DNA of 64,000 nucleotides from Octopus bimaculoides (GCF_001194135.2 NC_068984.1:18796340-18860339), one strand, 5' to 3'; shown: positions 52,301 through 63,825, counted from the stretch's first letter. The notes: generated from the sequence alone by a model not told the origin. A program made the numbers and translations.

Positions 52301-54516
52301 AAGACTAAACAATGGTAAGTATACATGATGCACAAGTATTTGGCTTGAGTCTTACACATAATAGAAAATAAAGTTGATATAATCAGCCTCAGCATATAAC
52401 TGGTACTTGATATATATTATTTCAATTTCTTTTTATCTTTAACTAGCTCGTCTGTTGGGAATAATGGTATATTTCTTACACCAGCTGCTGACCTTGTCTC
52501 AGACGAAATAAGTCAATGCATATCAATTGGTTTCATATCTTCTCCAGTAGAAATATCTCCAGAATCCAGCACAGATTCCATCGATTCTGATCATTTCTTA
52601 CTCTGGGGACTGAAGGTTTGACATGTTTTCTGGTCTTTTTGTTGTTGATGTTGTTATTGTCATTCTTTCTAAATGAGTGTTTAAGTTTAGGCATCTCTCA
52701 TACATACACACTACATTTTTACTTATTTATTAATGATTTAATTAAAGAAAAGAGAGTGTTGTAGTTCGCTTGAAACATTGTGTAATGTTTGTAAAGAATA
52801 AAAAGTTTTGAATGGTACAACAATGCACTATAATATAAAAAAATGAACTATATATTTGTTGTAATTTAGTTATCTATAGTCCGATGATATTTTGGAATAC
52901 AATTCCTTCTTCAGATCTTCCGTAAAAAAAAAAAAAGAAAAGAAAAGCCGTTAGTAAACAGTTTATAGCATAGACTCCATCTAAGATGATCTGAAGAAGA
53001 AATTGTATTCTGAAATATCATCGGAGTATAGATAACTAAATTACAACAAATATATAGTCCATTTTTTATATTATAGTGCATTGTTGTACCATTCAAAACT
53101 TTTTATTCTTTAATTAAAGAAAGTTTGTACTTGGAGGAAATAATTAGAGTGATACTAAAGTGTCATCTGTACACCCTAACAATCTATGTAATATCAAGAT
53201 TTATTGATTCTGAGCAGGAGTGGAATAATCCTGTACTGTAGGTGATCATTGCATCAATGCTTTTGTTAGTGAAGTGGGCCCTACAAAATCTTTGAACTTA
53301 AAAATCAAAGTCTGTTGTGTATTTTCTTACAAATTTTTCCTGAAAAGTTTTTGTGAGGATGCATGATGAAATTACAAGGTGCTTCAACAGGGTGATACTG
53401 CTTTTATTACTTTAATGGAAGAGATGAAGGATTATCTTAGAATAACTTTTCTAATGGGAGCTGTGCATTCTCCAAGATGCAGTGACTATGGAATGCAAAA
53501 TCAGTGAGAAGACAGGAAATCGATACCCAGGAATCAATATCTTGTACATATATGTGAAAATATCTGCATGTAATCAACTTAGCTATATTCGACATACTTA
53601 GGGAGGTGAAAGTGATATGACAACAAGTAAAAATGAACAACAAATAAAAAAACATTCACAAATAGGCGTAGGAGTGGCTGTGTGGTAAGTAGCTTGCTTA
53701 CAAACCACATGGTTCTGGGTTCAGTCCCACTGCGTGGCACCTTGGGCAAGTGTCTTCTACTATAGCCTCGGGCCGACCAAAGCCTTGTGAGTGGATTTGG
53801 CAGACAGAAACTGAAAGAAGCCTGTCGTATATATGTATACACATTTATATGTGTGTGTGTCTGTGTTTGTCCCCCCAACATCGCTTGACAACCGATGCTG
53901 GTGTGTTTACGTCCCCGTTACTTAGTGGTTCGGCAAAAGAGATTGATAGAATAAGTACTAGGCTTACAAAGAATAAGTCTTGGAGTCGATTTGCTCGACT
54001 AAAGGCAGTGCTCCAGCATGGCCACAATCAAATGACTGAAACAAGTAAAAGAGTAAAAAGAGTAAAGAGTAATGTACACCATCAATCATTATATTGTGTC
54101 AGCAAATTTCATCCAAATTCATACAAGAGCAATTAACTGCTTTCCATCAATATCTCTAGTTTCTAACAGGATTGAGAGATTTATATAGAGAAAGCACTCC
54201 AGGAATTTAAGAGTTAATGTGTAAGTAGGCAAGCATTCTGCAGACATGTGTGCCCTTAATGTAATTCTCATACAGAATCAGCATGACACACTCTGTGACA
54301 AAGCTGAATCATTTGAATTACAGGTATAATAATCCATCTGGCAGGCTTCCTTACAGTTTCCATCTATTCAGTTTCACTCACAAGCAATGGGTCAACACGA
54401 GGTTCTAGAAAAGAGTATTTTCTCAAGATGTCATCCAGTGGGATCAAACCTGATTCTTTATGGCTGCAAAACGAGTTTCTTAACCATTTAGCCAAACAAC
54501 ATCTGTGTATGTGTGT

Positions 54517-54547
<31 letters not shown>

Positions 54548-57500
54548 AATTTATGCTTGTTAGTTCATGATGTCATTACTCTGAGTTTCCTCAGCACCAT
54601 TCATTCAGATGTAAATTTGAGCAACTGTTTTTAAGACTTCAATTTCTTTCACATCTCTACAAAAATATTTAACAGCAGCATACAAGAAAAAATGCTTCAA
54701 ATTTAGCTTTATCAGCATCACTCAAACATTATATTAATGGTCAACAACAACAACAACAACGCACAAATACATACATACATACATACATATATGTGTGTGT
54801 GTATGTATGTATGTATGTATACCTGTATATAATTTTATATGTATACCTTTAATGTTTCTAATGTTTATATATATTTCCTTTCTTTATTGATAGGATGGCA
54901 GAATTTTATTTATGGATCCAATAAAGAAAGGAATCAAGCACATGGAACTAAAGGCTTCAAAAGGTCCTGTATGTATTTTTAAGATGATATCATGGCTAAG
55001 AATATCCTAAAGATTGCAGTAATTTGCTTATGTTACCATTTATAAAATATCATTAAGACAACACAAAACATAGAATATAATTACCTTTTTCAGATGTGCT
55101 ATTACTTGCATAATAGGGATTTATTGTAGTAATAAACCTAAATGTACAATCATTTAATCTGCTTAATGGTTTGGTAGAAGAGACTTAGACCTAAGTGCAA
55201 GCAATGAAATTGCAGCTGGCAACACATAGTTCTATCTACATCATTAATCCACCAATCTTTTATCTTCAAACTTGTCATAAAGAAGAGTATAAAGGATAGT
55301 TGTATAAAGAAGTGCCAGTCATTTAAAAGTGGATGAAACTTGTGGGAAAGAGTGACCTAGGAAGATATGGGACAAAGCAGTGAAGGCTGATATTAAGATG
55401 TTCAGCCTCACAGAGGAGATGACAAAGGACTAAGATGGTGGTGAATCATTGTGTTCAAGAAGTCCTGTCTGTCACAGCAGAAGCAAGGTCCTAAAAGCAT
55501 TATGTTTATACCTGCCCATACTGCACCCTAACCCTGTCAAGCATTCCTCACATCTTATCTTTCTAACACCCATCCCTCCATCGCTCTTTTAATCATAACA
55601 TTAATCAACTGTTGTAATCATTTTAGAGCAGAATCAACACATATTTCACTTCCCATCCCACTTTTGCATTACTAGTTACTTCTTTCTCCCCTTGAAACCT
55701 CTCCCTATTAACATCCATCCCTCACTCTCATTATCCTCCCTTCCCACACTATTTTTCACCAACCACCCCCTTTTTGTGCCCTCTGTTATCTCTCCTTTTC
55801 CTCTGAGTTACATTTTGGGTCTGCCACTGATGCACCCCACTATTGTTGTCAATCCTCACTATAGGCACCCTTATGTACCTCTGACCATCATCTCTGTCAC
55901 TGTACATCTTACTCCTCCCAAACCCCAACAACCAGGCCATCATCTCCTTATGTTCTGCTCTACTAACATGTTTATGATCATGTTGCTCTCTTCTCTTCCA
56001 CTTGTAACCATAGAACTACTTATCCAATCTATCCTGCTTTTGTTTTTTAAGCTAACAGGATATGATATAACATGAGGGTTATTTGACTAATATTTCTAGC
56101 AGTTGCATTGATGAGATGATAGATTCCTCTTCATTTGTAGCACGAAACAGTAAGATAGGTGTGGTAGAGCGTACAAATCAGCCATTAAATTTCTGACAGT
56201 CTTAATGGTCTTTCACATCATGGTACACTGGAATTTTGTAGGAAAAGTTCAAAATTACTGGTGCACTTCAAATGGATGTTTATAAAAAAACTGTTGTAAG
56301 TTTAAAATTTAGTGAAAATAAACTTAGAAAACTATTGATTACTTTGTGGCAAGCTGGCAGAAATGTTAACACACTAGGCAAAATGCTTAGCAGCATTTCT
56401 TCTGTCTTTACATTCTGAGTTCAAATTCCACTAAGATAGACTTTGCTTTTAATCTTTTTGGGGTCAATAAAATAAGTACCGATTGAACACTGGGATTGCT
56501 GTAATTGATTAGTTCTGCCATCAAAATTCCAGGTTTGGTGCCTATAGAAGGGGGCTTATTAATTCTACTTGAGTATAACAAAAGTATGAATAACATATTT
56601 TTCAAGATACTCAGTCATTAGTATGGATTTTTCTAAAGCTTTAATTTATACTTTAAAACTCTACAGTGCACTTAGATATTCTTTCAATGTACCATTGTAC
56701 CACAGTGCATTATTTGAGAGTCACTGGTCTAGATGCTCCACTTAATTGCTGGTTATTTGTAGCTTTAAACACTTGATTAAGATCATCATCATCATCATCA
56801 TCGTTTAACGTCCGCTTTCCATGCTAGCATGGGTTGGACGTTTGACTGAGGACTGGTGAACCAGATGGCTGCACCAGGCTACAATCTAATCTGGCAGAGA
56901 TTCTACAGTTGGATGCCCAACCACTCCGAGAGTGTAGCGGGTGCTTTTACGTACCACAGGCACAAGGGCCAGTCAGGCGGTACTGGCAATGTCCATGCTC
57001 AAAATGGTGTTTTTTACGTGCCAGAACTATAATTCTTACAAATTTTGATCCAAAGCCAGCATAGTTAGGGAAAGGGGGCTAGTTGATTATATTGATTCCA
57101 ATACTTGACTGGTACTTATTTTATTGATCCTGAAAGGGCAAAAGACGAAGTGAACCTCTTCAGCATTTGAATCCAGAATGTAAAGACAAAAGAAATGTCG
57201 CAAAGCATTTTGTCTGGTATGCTAATGATTGATTTTGCCAGTTCATTGCCCTACCATTAAGAATTATAATAAAATTCACCTAGGCTTGGACTTAAGTTTC
57301 TCCTGCAATTTATTCAGCCAACTTGGTGAATAAACTGTCAGGTGAAACATAAGTCTCAGTCAAAATGAATTTTATTATAAATGTGACTAAAGCAGTGAAG
57401 TGACAGAATTGTTTGGATGCTAAGCAAAATGCTCAGCAGCATTTTGTTGGTCTTTATGTTCTGAATTCAGATTCCACCAAGGTTGACATTGCCTTTCATC

Positions 57501-59673
57501 CTTTCAGGGTTAATAAATTAAGTACCAGTGAAACACTGGGGTTGATGTAATCAACTAGTCCCCTCCCACAAAATTTCAGGCCTTGTGCCTTTAGTGTAAA
57601 GGGTTATGTGACTCTACTTTCAGTATTATGTCTCCATCTTAGTTAACATTCTGTTGTTATTCTTAAACTACCTTTCAAATAATTATCTTAAATTAATATT
57701 ACCATTAAGAATTATAACCTACATGCTCTGACTCATGACTAAATACGTTTCTGTTTTCTAGAAGAGAGTGTCTGATTCTGAATTCTGCATTTCTGTTTTA
57801 TCTACAAACAACTTTATATAGCTTGTTTAACCCTTTAGTATTTAAACCAGCCATATCCAGCCCAAATATTCTACCTGATTTATATTCAAAACAGCCAGAT
57901 CCAACATCTCACACCTACTCAACAATGTCATTCTAAAAATATATAATCACATTATTGAAATCTCAAAGCTACAAGATGATGCATTTTTAATTGAAAATAA
58001 TGTGAATAAAAAGCATTACATTTGAGAAAGTAATCTGAATGTTAAAAGGGTTAAACTTTGATAAAATTCAGATCTGTTTTATTCAAAGATTGGCCCAGGC
58101 CATGTTTTACTTAAAAGCATCACCTGACAGACTTTGTTGAGTTATTTTTAAATTGTGTTTTGTGGTATCATAACCTATTCAAGTAGGGAGTTATTGTTGG
58201 CTGAGATGTATCCAGGTATAGGTGACTTGTCTGATATTCCTTTAAAAAATTTGCCCTGATATCATTTGAAGGATATTATTATGTTTATTTTGTCTTCATA
58301 TAATTGTTGGGTGTACTGGATTTTCTTTCCAGATCATGAAGCTTCATCACAATAAAGAACATAATTCTCTTGCTGCACAGAGTCATGAAAGTGATCACAT
58401 ATTGATTCAAATATGGAGTTTACCATCTTTAATTCTTCAATTTAGCGTCACAAGTGAGCAGAATTTAACAGCATGGACGAGACTTGTAAGTCATACGTTT
58501 GTCGTAAGATTTGTTGTTTGAGTTATATTTTATCATTAGTATTCTTGTGAAGTGGTAGAAATGGTAGGGTACTGTCCTAAATGCTTTGTGATATTAACTT
58601 ACATTACTGAACATTCTAAGAGTCAAATCCCTCAAAAGTCAACTCTTATCTACTCTAGGTGGATGAACAGTAAATCCACTAGAGTTAGCTTTATTCTTTT
58701 TCTATCTCACTAAAATTGATAAAATAGGTACTAGGAATATACTGGAGTTGGTTCATTTGGCAAGATCTCTCCCAAAAAACCTATGACTTTAGCAGCAGAA
58801 GCATCATTGGAAAGTTGGAAAAACTGTTTTGCAGTAGTTCTTCCAGCACCTCACATTCTGAGTTCAAATCCTGCTGAGGTTGACTTTGCCTTTCATCCTT
58901 CCAAGGTTGATATTGATAAAATAAAGTACCAGTCAAGTACTGGAATCGATGGTACTGACTAACCCCTTTCCTGTCAAATTACAGGCCTTGTGCCAAAATA
59001 AGAAACCATTATCATTGTGATTTATTCCAAATTTTATGCATTCTGAGTTCAAATCCATGTAATGCTAACTTCGTTTTTCATTCTTTTAAGGTTAATAAAA
59101 TAAAGTACCATTCAAGTACTGGGGTTGGATTAATTGATCAACTACCCCCCCCCCACACACACACACACATACACACACCAAATTTCAGGCCTTGTATCTA
59201 TATTAGAAGCAATTATTATTCTTGGAATTATCAATGTAATCTCATTATTTAATTTAATTGGTATTTATCTTTTGCTCTTATCAATTTCATTTTTGTTGTT
59301 CAATGTCAAATCAGCTCTGATTGAGGAAATTGAGTATCAAACGAATTCCACTTATGACCATTCCATTTTTTTTCTTAGATACAGGCAATAAAGTATGATT
59401 TAATTGAGATTAGGTTGCTATTTCTAATAGGTCAAGTAACTCCATAGTGGCTCCTTAGGCAACTCATTTTATTTGTTTTATTCAGCTTGGTTTACTTTTC
59501 TTTCATTCCTCTGTATATACATGGACAATAGATCAAAACTGAATCAACCCAGTTTTCAGCAGCATCTGATATTTTCCCTTGACAGGAAAATGCTCTTTTA
59601 ACTGGACATGATGATGGAGTTTTAACATGGTATCTGCTGACTCCTACAAAGGATTCTGATCTGGAAAATACAG
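36869..59673 (+). CDS. Multi-exon WD40-repeat protein gene, partial (WDR87/WDR97-like by recollection); join of the 12 exons listed separately
   Basis: Twelve AG/GT-bounded exons splice in consistent phase into about 506 stop-free codons. WD repeats include AHAEAITGCCFSSQAKVIITASHDTTVKVWS and EHTRSVSNLQLHPENSLMFITSSHDGTIRIWS. Start and stop codons were not identified. Family assignment is from memory of invertebrate homologues. Confidence 0.88.
37293..37695 (+). mobile_element. RTE LINE 3' end encoding three tandem C2H2 zinc fingers (one internal stop)
   Basis: CSVCARPCLSKAGLMSHLRSH, CRACGRECDSPGRLK*HTKVH, CQFCARHCRSLAGLKSHIRSQH; same gccatc(ATGT)n terminus as 32730; sits within an (ATGT)n tract. 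Confidence 0.75.
38160..38735. repeat. Clustered (GAT)n, (GGT)n and (CAG/TAG)n tracts
   Basis: Direct reading. Confidence 0.9.
39225..39655 (+). mobile_element. RTE-clade LINE C-terminal fragment
   Basis: IQAAKIDFLRKISG, YYGHLIRM, RPGGRPRMSW, (GATG)n tail. Confidence 0.7.
40773..41041 (-). mobile_element. Second copy of the tRNA-headed hammerhead element with a short 5' fold-back
   Basis: Near-identical to 18262-18505. The head is truncated at 41028 and followed by the inverted piece ctaagattccgag (41029-41041). Confidence 0.8.
40853..40898 (-). ncRNA. Degenerate hammerhead motif (CCGAUGA variant)
   Basis: GACAC-CCGAUGA-A-AGCUG...CAGCC-GAAA-CG-UU-GUGUU; U4>C and the stem II closing G>A suggest it is inactive. 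Confidence 0.65.
41180..41256 (+). CDS. WD40 gene exon (VWQYQRVSSQMFKEIKPLSDYELKL)
   Basis: ttcatag acceptor, AA/gtaatt donor, 77 nt, phase 0-2; completes GGTK-VW. Confidence 0.85.
41471..41597. mobile_element. Tc1/mariner-type MITE
   Basis: About 29-bp TIRs CAGGGTGTCCACAA.GTCTGGGTACATGG with TA duplication on both sides. Confidence 0.85.
41600..42005 (-). mobile_element. SINE family A, full length
   Basis: Reverse-complement match; an adjacent copy lies at about 42085-42500. Confidence 0.8.
42853..43325 (+). mobile_element. tRNA-headed SINE family C, full length with (CAA)n tail
   Basis: GGAGGCGCAATGGCCCAGTGG A-box and GGTTTCGATTCC B-box; partial copies at about 6385-6565 (+) and 24075-24460 (-). 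Confidence 0.85.
45115..45252 (+). CDS. WD40 gene exon (KTLPNVGGSWVQRIEV...LLYRIE)
   Basis: tttccag acceptor, CG/gtgagt donor, 138 nt, phase 2-2. Confidence 0.88.
45285..45720 (-). mobile_element. RTE 3'-UTR short copy
   Basis: Reverse-complement family match with (CAT)n at the left end; contains a gap-flanking duplication. Confidence 0.8.
46680..46759 (+). CDS. WD40 gene exon (AHAEAITGCCFSSQAKVIITASHDTT)
   Basis: ccatcag acceptor, G/gtagag donor, 80 nt, phase 2-1; WD repeat body. Confidence 0.88.
47330..47645 (-). mobile_element. tRNA-headed SINE family D (ttgagcaagacactttatttcacattgctccag domain)
   Basis: Minus-strand head CTCAGTGGTTAGAGC...GAGTTCAATTCC; other - copies at about 6620-6840, 9840-9965, 22160-22385, 42620-42800, 51200-51340. 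Confidence 0.75.
47793..47958 (+). CDS. WD40 gene exon (VKVWSSIGGLLHVFHEH...GTIRIWSLETMDCLY)
   Basis: caaccag acceptor, TG/gtaggt donor, 166 nt, phase 1-2; full WD repeat. Confidence 0.92.
49267..49479 (+). CDS. WD40 gene exon (CLVSGNNNPMWMFF...TTRLLAVGDDG)
   Basis: atttcag acceptor, AG/gtaagc donor, 213 nt, phase 2-2. Confidence 0.9.
49584..50977 (+). mobile_element. Merlin (IS1595/ISXO2-like) DNA transposon, structurally complete, transposase decayed
   Basis: 27-bp TIRs (GGTGCCAGTGTAGTATGTGATCTACAT; right copy 50951-50977 with terminal CC>TT) and 8-bp TSD CATTGAGA (49576-49583, 50978-50985). DDE motifs VQIDEA, IHSDEW and QNIE, plus RKYNRG, lie in broken frames. Confidence 0.92.
51446..51607 (+). 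CDS. WD40 gene exon (IRLFAQKSHKKLCTILPPP...ILWIYTS)
   Basis: ttttacag acceptor, AG/gtatga donor, 162 nt, phase 2-2. Confidence 0.9.
52237..52314 (+). CDS. WD40 gene exon (SDPACRLAVWNITKIQSNILTKTKQ)
   Basis: atttcag acceptor, TG/gtaagt donor, 78 nt, phase 2-2. Confidence 0.88.
52447..52615 (+). CDS. WD40 gene exon (SSVGNNGIFLTP...DHFLLWGLK)
   Basis: taactag acceptor, AAG/gtttga donor, 169 nt, phase 2-0, open frame. Confidence 0.8.
52881..52917 (-). ncRNA. Hammerhead motif with GAAA>AAAA core mutation
   Basis: GAU-CUGAAGA-A-GGAA(UUGUA)UUCC-AAAA-UAUC-AUCGG on the minus strand. Confidence 0.6.
52987..53023 (+). ncRNA. Minimal type-I hammerhead ribozyme motif on the host-gene sense strand
   Basis: UGAU-CUGAAGA-AGAA(AUUGUA)UUCU-GAAA-UA-UC-AUCG. 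Core intact, 4-bp stems I and II, palindromic AUAU stem III, AUC triplet. Confidence 0.7.
53663..54070 (+). mobile_element. SINE family A, full length
   Basis: Colinear with 4962-5358. Confidence 0.85.
54894..54968 (+). CDS. WD40 gene exon (DGRILFMDPIKKGIKHMELKASKGP)
   Basis: ttgatag acceptor, CCT/gtatgt donor, 75 nt, phase 0-0; gives LWGLK-DGRILF. Confidence 0.85.
55275..56000 (+). mobile_element. RTE-clade LINE C-terminus plus pyrimidine-rich 3'UTR, degenerate
   Basis: IKKCQSFKVDETCG..PRKIWDKAV...LTEEMTKD parallels 15270-15390. Confidence 0.6.
56785..57025 (-). mobile_element. RTE 3'-UTR short copy
   Basis: (CAT)n-cgtttaacgtccgctttccatgctagc family match. Confidence 0.8.
57831..58050. 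mobile_element. piggyBac-type MITE
   Basis: TTAA-CCCTTTAG ... AAAAGGG-TTAA; an inverted, more diverged relative lies at about 717-935. Confidence 0.75.
58333..58485 (+). CDS. WD40 gene exon (IMKLHHNKEH...NLTAWTRL)
   Basis: ctttccag acceptor, CTT/gtaagt donor, 153 nt, phase 0-0. Confidence 0.85.
59586..59673 (+). CDS. WD40 gene exon (ENALLTGHDDGVLTWYLLTPTKDSDLENT)
   Basis: cttgacag acceptor, G/gtatga donor, 88 nt, phase 0-1; TGHDDG WD-type motif. Confidence 0.85.
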
Positions 59674-59852
59674 GTATGAAAAATAAAATTCTTATAAGTA
59701 TGTTTGTATGTATGCATGTATGGATGTATGCATGTATGGATGTATGGATGTGTGGATGGATGGATGAATGCATGCATGCGTACATACTAGGATATGTAAC
59801 ATGCATGCATGGCTCCTACAAAGGATTCTGATCTGATGAAAAATAAAATCCT

Positions 59853-59859
<7 letters not shown>

Positions 59860-59884
<25 letters not shown>

Positions 59885-59913
59885 TGCTGGAAAATGGACA
59901 TTACAGGATGACA

Positions 59914-59962
<49 letters not shown>

Positions 59963-59968
59963 GGATGT

Positions 59969-60001
<33 letters not shown>

Positions 60002-60022
60002 GGATGATGATGATGATGATGA
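59860..60022. repeat. (TATG)n and (GAT)n microsatellites
   Basis: Direct reading. Confidence 0.95.
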
Positions 60023-60821
60023 TATATAAAACCAATTTTATATGTGAGGATACAGAAATATCATCAAGATATTTTTATCGGTGTTAGACTTCTATTAATT
60101 TCTTAAAATAGAGGTCAACTTCTTAGAATTCTAGCTTGTTATATATGCTCGGCTTTTGATTTCTCTAAGTACTACTATGAAATTGTAAAACATCCTATAC
60201 AATCAGTATTTATAATACAGACTAAACTCTTAGCATAACCTAAGGGACCTACTGCGGTTTGGCCATACCCTGTTATTGTTTAGCCTCCATGTTAGCACTG
60301 AGTGAAAAGACTTTTGATCAAAGATATTCTAGATATGTTCATTCCAAGTCTGTATATTTCAGTGTACCCTTCCTTCTTAAAGGAAGTATGAAGTGATTTG
60401 AGGGATATTTGGCTGTTATTTTTAGATGATCAACAATCCATACAGAGTCTGCCTCATGTTACTGATTTGCCTAATCTGAGAAACAAGTGGAATTGTCTAA
60501 GCAGGAATAAAAAGGAATAAAAGCAGGTACTTTATTTTATTGATCCTGGAGAGATGAAAGCAAAGGCAATCTTAGCAGGATTTGAACTCAAAACATAAAG
60601 AGCTGGAACAAATACTGCAAGACTTTTTGTCAACTGTCCTATTCTGATTTTGCCAACCCACCAACTATGTTAATAGTAATGGTTTCTCAAATTGGCACAA
60701 AGCTTTTATTAATGTCAGAAGCAGTGCTGGATTAACCATTAAGCAAAATAACCATGTGCTTAGTGCATCAAGCAATGATCGTCATATTTTTTCTTCAAAC
60801 AGAAAATCTAAGATGATGATG

Positions 60822-61170
60822 ATGATCATCATCATCATTTAACGTCTGCCTTCCATGCTAGCATGGGTTGAATGATTTGACTGAGGACTGGCGAACCGGA
60901 TGGCTGCACCAGGCTCCATTCTGATCTGGCAGGGTTTCTACAGCTGGATGCCCTTCCTAACGCCAGCCACTCGGAGAGTGTAGTGGGTGCATTTACGTGC
61001 CACTGGCACGAGGGCCAGTCAGGTGGTACTGGCAATGGCCATGCTCAAAATGGTGTTTTTTACGTGTCACCTGCACAGGATCCAGTCCAGTGGCACTGGC
61101 AATGACCTCGCTCGAATGTTTTTTCACGTGCCTCCGGCACAAGTGCCAGTAAAGCGACGCTGGTAACGAT
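60822..61170 (-). mobile_element. RTE 3'-UTR short copy
   Basis: Reverse-complement family match; another - copy at about 15755-15950. Confidence 0.8.
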
Positions 61171-61560
61171 GTTATTGAAAATGTCCTTTTTTTTTTTAAA
61201 ACAGCATGGCATGATTTGAGAAAGATTTGACTGCTTTTTCTTATCAGTTATGAGATGTTCAGTTTATTCTAATGTACAAACTGTAAACAGATTTAGTAAA
61301 GAAGCCTATTGTTAATACTACTTGATGATGATGATGTTTGTATGTTTGTGTAAATATATATTGTTATTGTGGTAGCTGTTTAGCCCCAGGTTATCCATGA
61401 TCCAGCAGACCTATGATAAAAGAGGTTCCAGTCATGACCATCCGGTCATTTTTCCATATCAAGGACTACATTATCCAATTTCTCCATCATTTATTTTAAA
61501 TGACTGGAGTAATTTGGTTGTTTTGTCTTGCAAAAATTTATTGACTGTGTTAGACAGATA

Positions 61561-61630
<70 letters not shown>

Positions 61631-63825
61631 AGAGAGAGTGTGAGAGAGAGAAGGAGGAGATAAAATGATAAGAGAGAAGTGAGAGAAAGATGAGATAATT
61701 TGAGAATATTATGACTAGAAAAACAGGATGTAACTAAATGCTATAATAACAAAAACTATAACCTAATTTTATCAAAAATTTACCATGTGTTTAATTAATA
61801 TGTTTCATCAACTCTTTTCATACCAAATTGGTATAAAATGGGTCCCTGTGTGTTGGAATTTTTTCTCAGTACATTGCAGAGCAATTCTCATATAGCTGAC
61901 CTAAAATGGAAAGCATTACTGCCTGTCTACAAGCATGTAGGAAAAAATAGTTCAATGTGTCTTTTCTTTCTTATTTCAGTAGCATTTGAGCTGAAACAAA
62001 TTTTGCTGCTATTTCTAGCAGGTAGAGTGACTGCATAGAGGCTTCATTAATGGTTTATGTGTCGTTGGGTGTATTAAACTTGAAACAAGTATTGTATAGG
62101 TTTAGGTTAACCCTGGTTGAGCAAGCATCTTATGATAATTCTGCTTGTTATTGTGTTACTTAGCTTTCACATGATTAGAGAAAAATAGGGAGAATGAAAA
62201 GAGAGAGAGAGAGAGGAAAAGAGGGAGGGAGAAAAAGAGAGAGAAAAGCATTCATGACGTGAGATAGAGGAAATGTATTTGTAACGCTTTCACTTGATTA
62301 GTTGAAGAGAAAGAGAGGCGAAAGAAAAAAGGAGAGTGAAAAAGAGGATAAGGCGAAGAGTGAGACAGAAAGTGGGAGAAGAAAAAGAAGGGGAGAGAAG
62401 CATCCATGAAGTGGGTAGGAGGAATGTAATATTTATTATGTAGTGAAAAAAGTTAGTTAACGGTAGAGGAGGAGAGTTAAAAATATAATTTTAGCAGAGT
62501 GGTGATGTTCTGATGGTGAGGTTAAAGAAAGGCAGGGAGAGGAGGAGGGGAAGATGGGAGGGAAGGGAAGGGACAGAGAGGAGGGGGGAAAGATGATGAT
62601 GGGTAATGGTAGTGGTGGTGGTGGTGGAGATGGAAGTGGTGGTGGAAGTGTATTTTTTTAAAAATTGAACTAAGTGTTTTTTATATCACCTATCACTTAA
62701 TGCATGTGCATAAGTGCAATTCCGTGAAATATTCAAGCTTATTTGTGTGGCAGATGTATGCAATTTAACTAAAGGTTGTATAATATGTACGAGATATTTT
62801 TTTTGTTTATCAGAAAAATGGAAAAATAAGAGTGAATATTTATCTTATGAGTGCTGTGTATTTAGTCTATAAAAGTGTGCATAAAGTATATAAAATGTAT
62901 ATATAAAGTGCATTAAGTAATCATCCTATTCCAATTTCTGTCACTTTTCAATGAGTAGTGGATGAGCGACTATCTTTCCATACAGACAACACAGGCTACG
63001 CTTTCAGGTATTTTGGATAAAGTTTTCAGAAATAACCCAATAGATTTACCATTAATTCCATGAAATATTCACGTATCCCGCTAGTCTTTCTTAATCCATT
63101 TCAGCAACAACCATTCTATCTTTTTTAGCAGTATATAAACAACATTATTTAATATGTCATTGTTCTATTTAATACTGTGGGGTATACTTTGCTTTGAGGG
63201 AGATCTTGCTACTATTTCTAGCAGATGGAGCATTCACATGGTAGCTTCTTTTGATGGTTATGTAGGACTGTGCAACCATTTATCCAGACAGGTTTTTGCC
63301 CTCCATTTTGTTTTCATCTCTCCATTTGTTTTCTCTTCTCATTCCTTTCTGTAAAAGAGCAAAGGCTCAAAATATCAAAGACTTTCCCCATTTTCTCTGA
63401 TTATTAAATTAACGTGCCCTTTTCCTTGTTCTCTTACTTGTTCCTGTCTTTTTATTTTTGTTTTTTGTATAATTTTGAACCACATATTATTTTAATGATT
63501 CCTTATATTAAAATTGCAGGATAAACATGAGGGAGATTTGACTACTATTTCTGGAAGGCTTCCTTATAATAAGGTTTTTAAATATGGCAGAAATTTTTAA
63601 CATTCTCTCACATCATTTTACTGTTTGCAGCTTGTGGGTTGCATTCATAACGAAAAATAGCCATTAATTATGTGATCAATCATGTAGTAATGATATTTTA
63701 ACTGAAATTAGGAACAATTTAATACAAGATGTTTGGAAGATAAGTTAATATAGCATTAATGATGGTGCCAAGTAGATTGGTATCAAAATGATTAAATGAC
63801 TATAAAATACTGATTCTAACACCAT

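Larger units (their letters stand above)
52751..53111. mobile_element. Palindromic non-autonomous element with paired hammerhead motifs (family 3), intronic
   Basis: Arms of about 125 bp at 52793-52917 and 52988-53111, 70-bp spacer, flanked by the direct repeat TTTAATTAAAGAAA (52737-52750 and 53109-53122). Confidence 0.8.

Noticed and set aside
55093-55160. Possible extra exon after tttttcag (CAITCII...)
   Set aside because: Wrong phase relative to the flanking phase-0 exons, and early stops.
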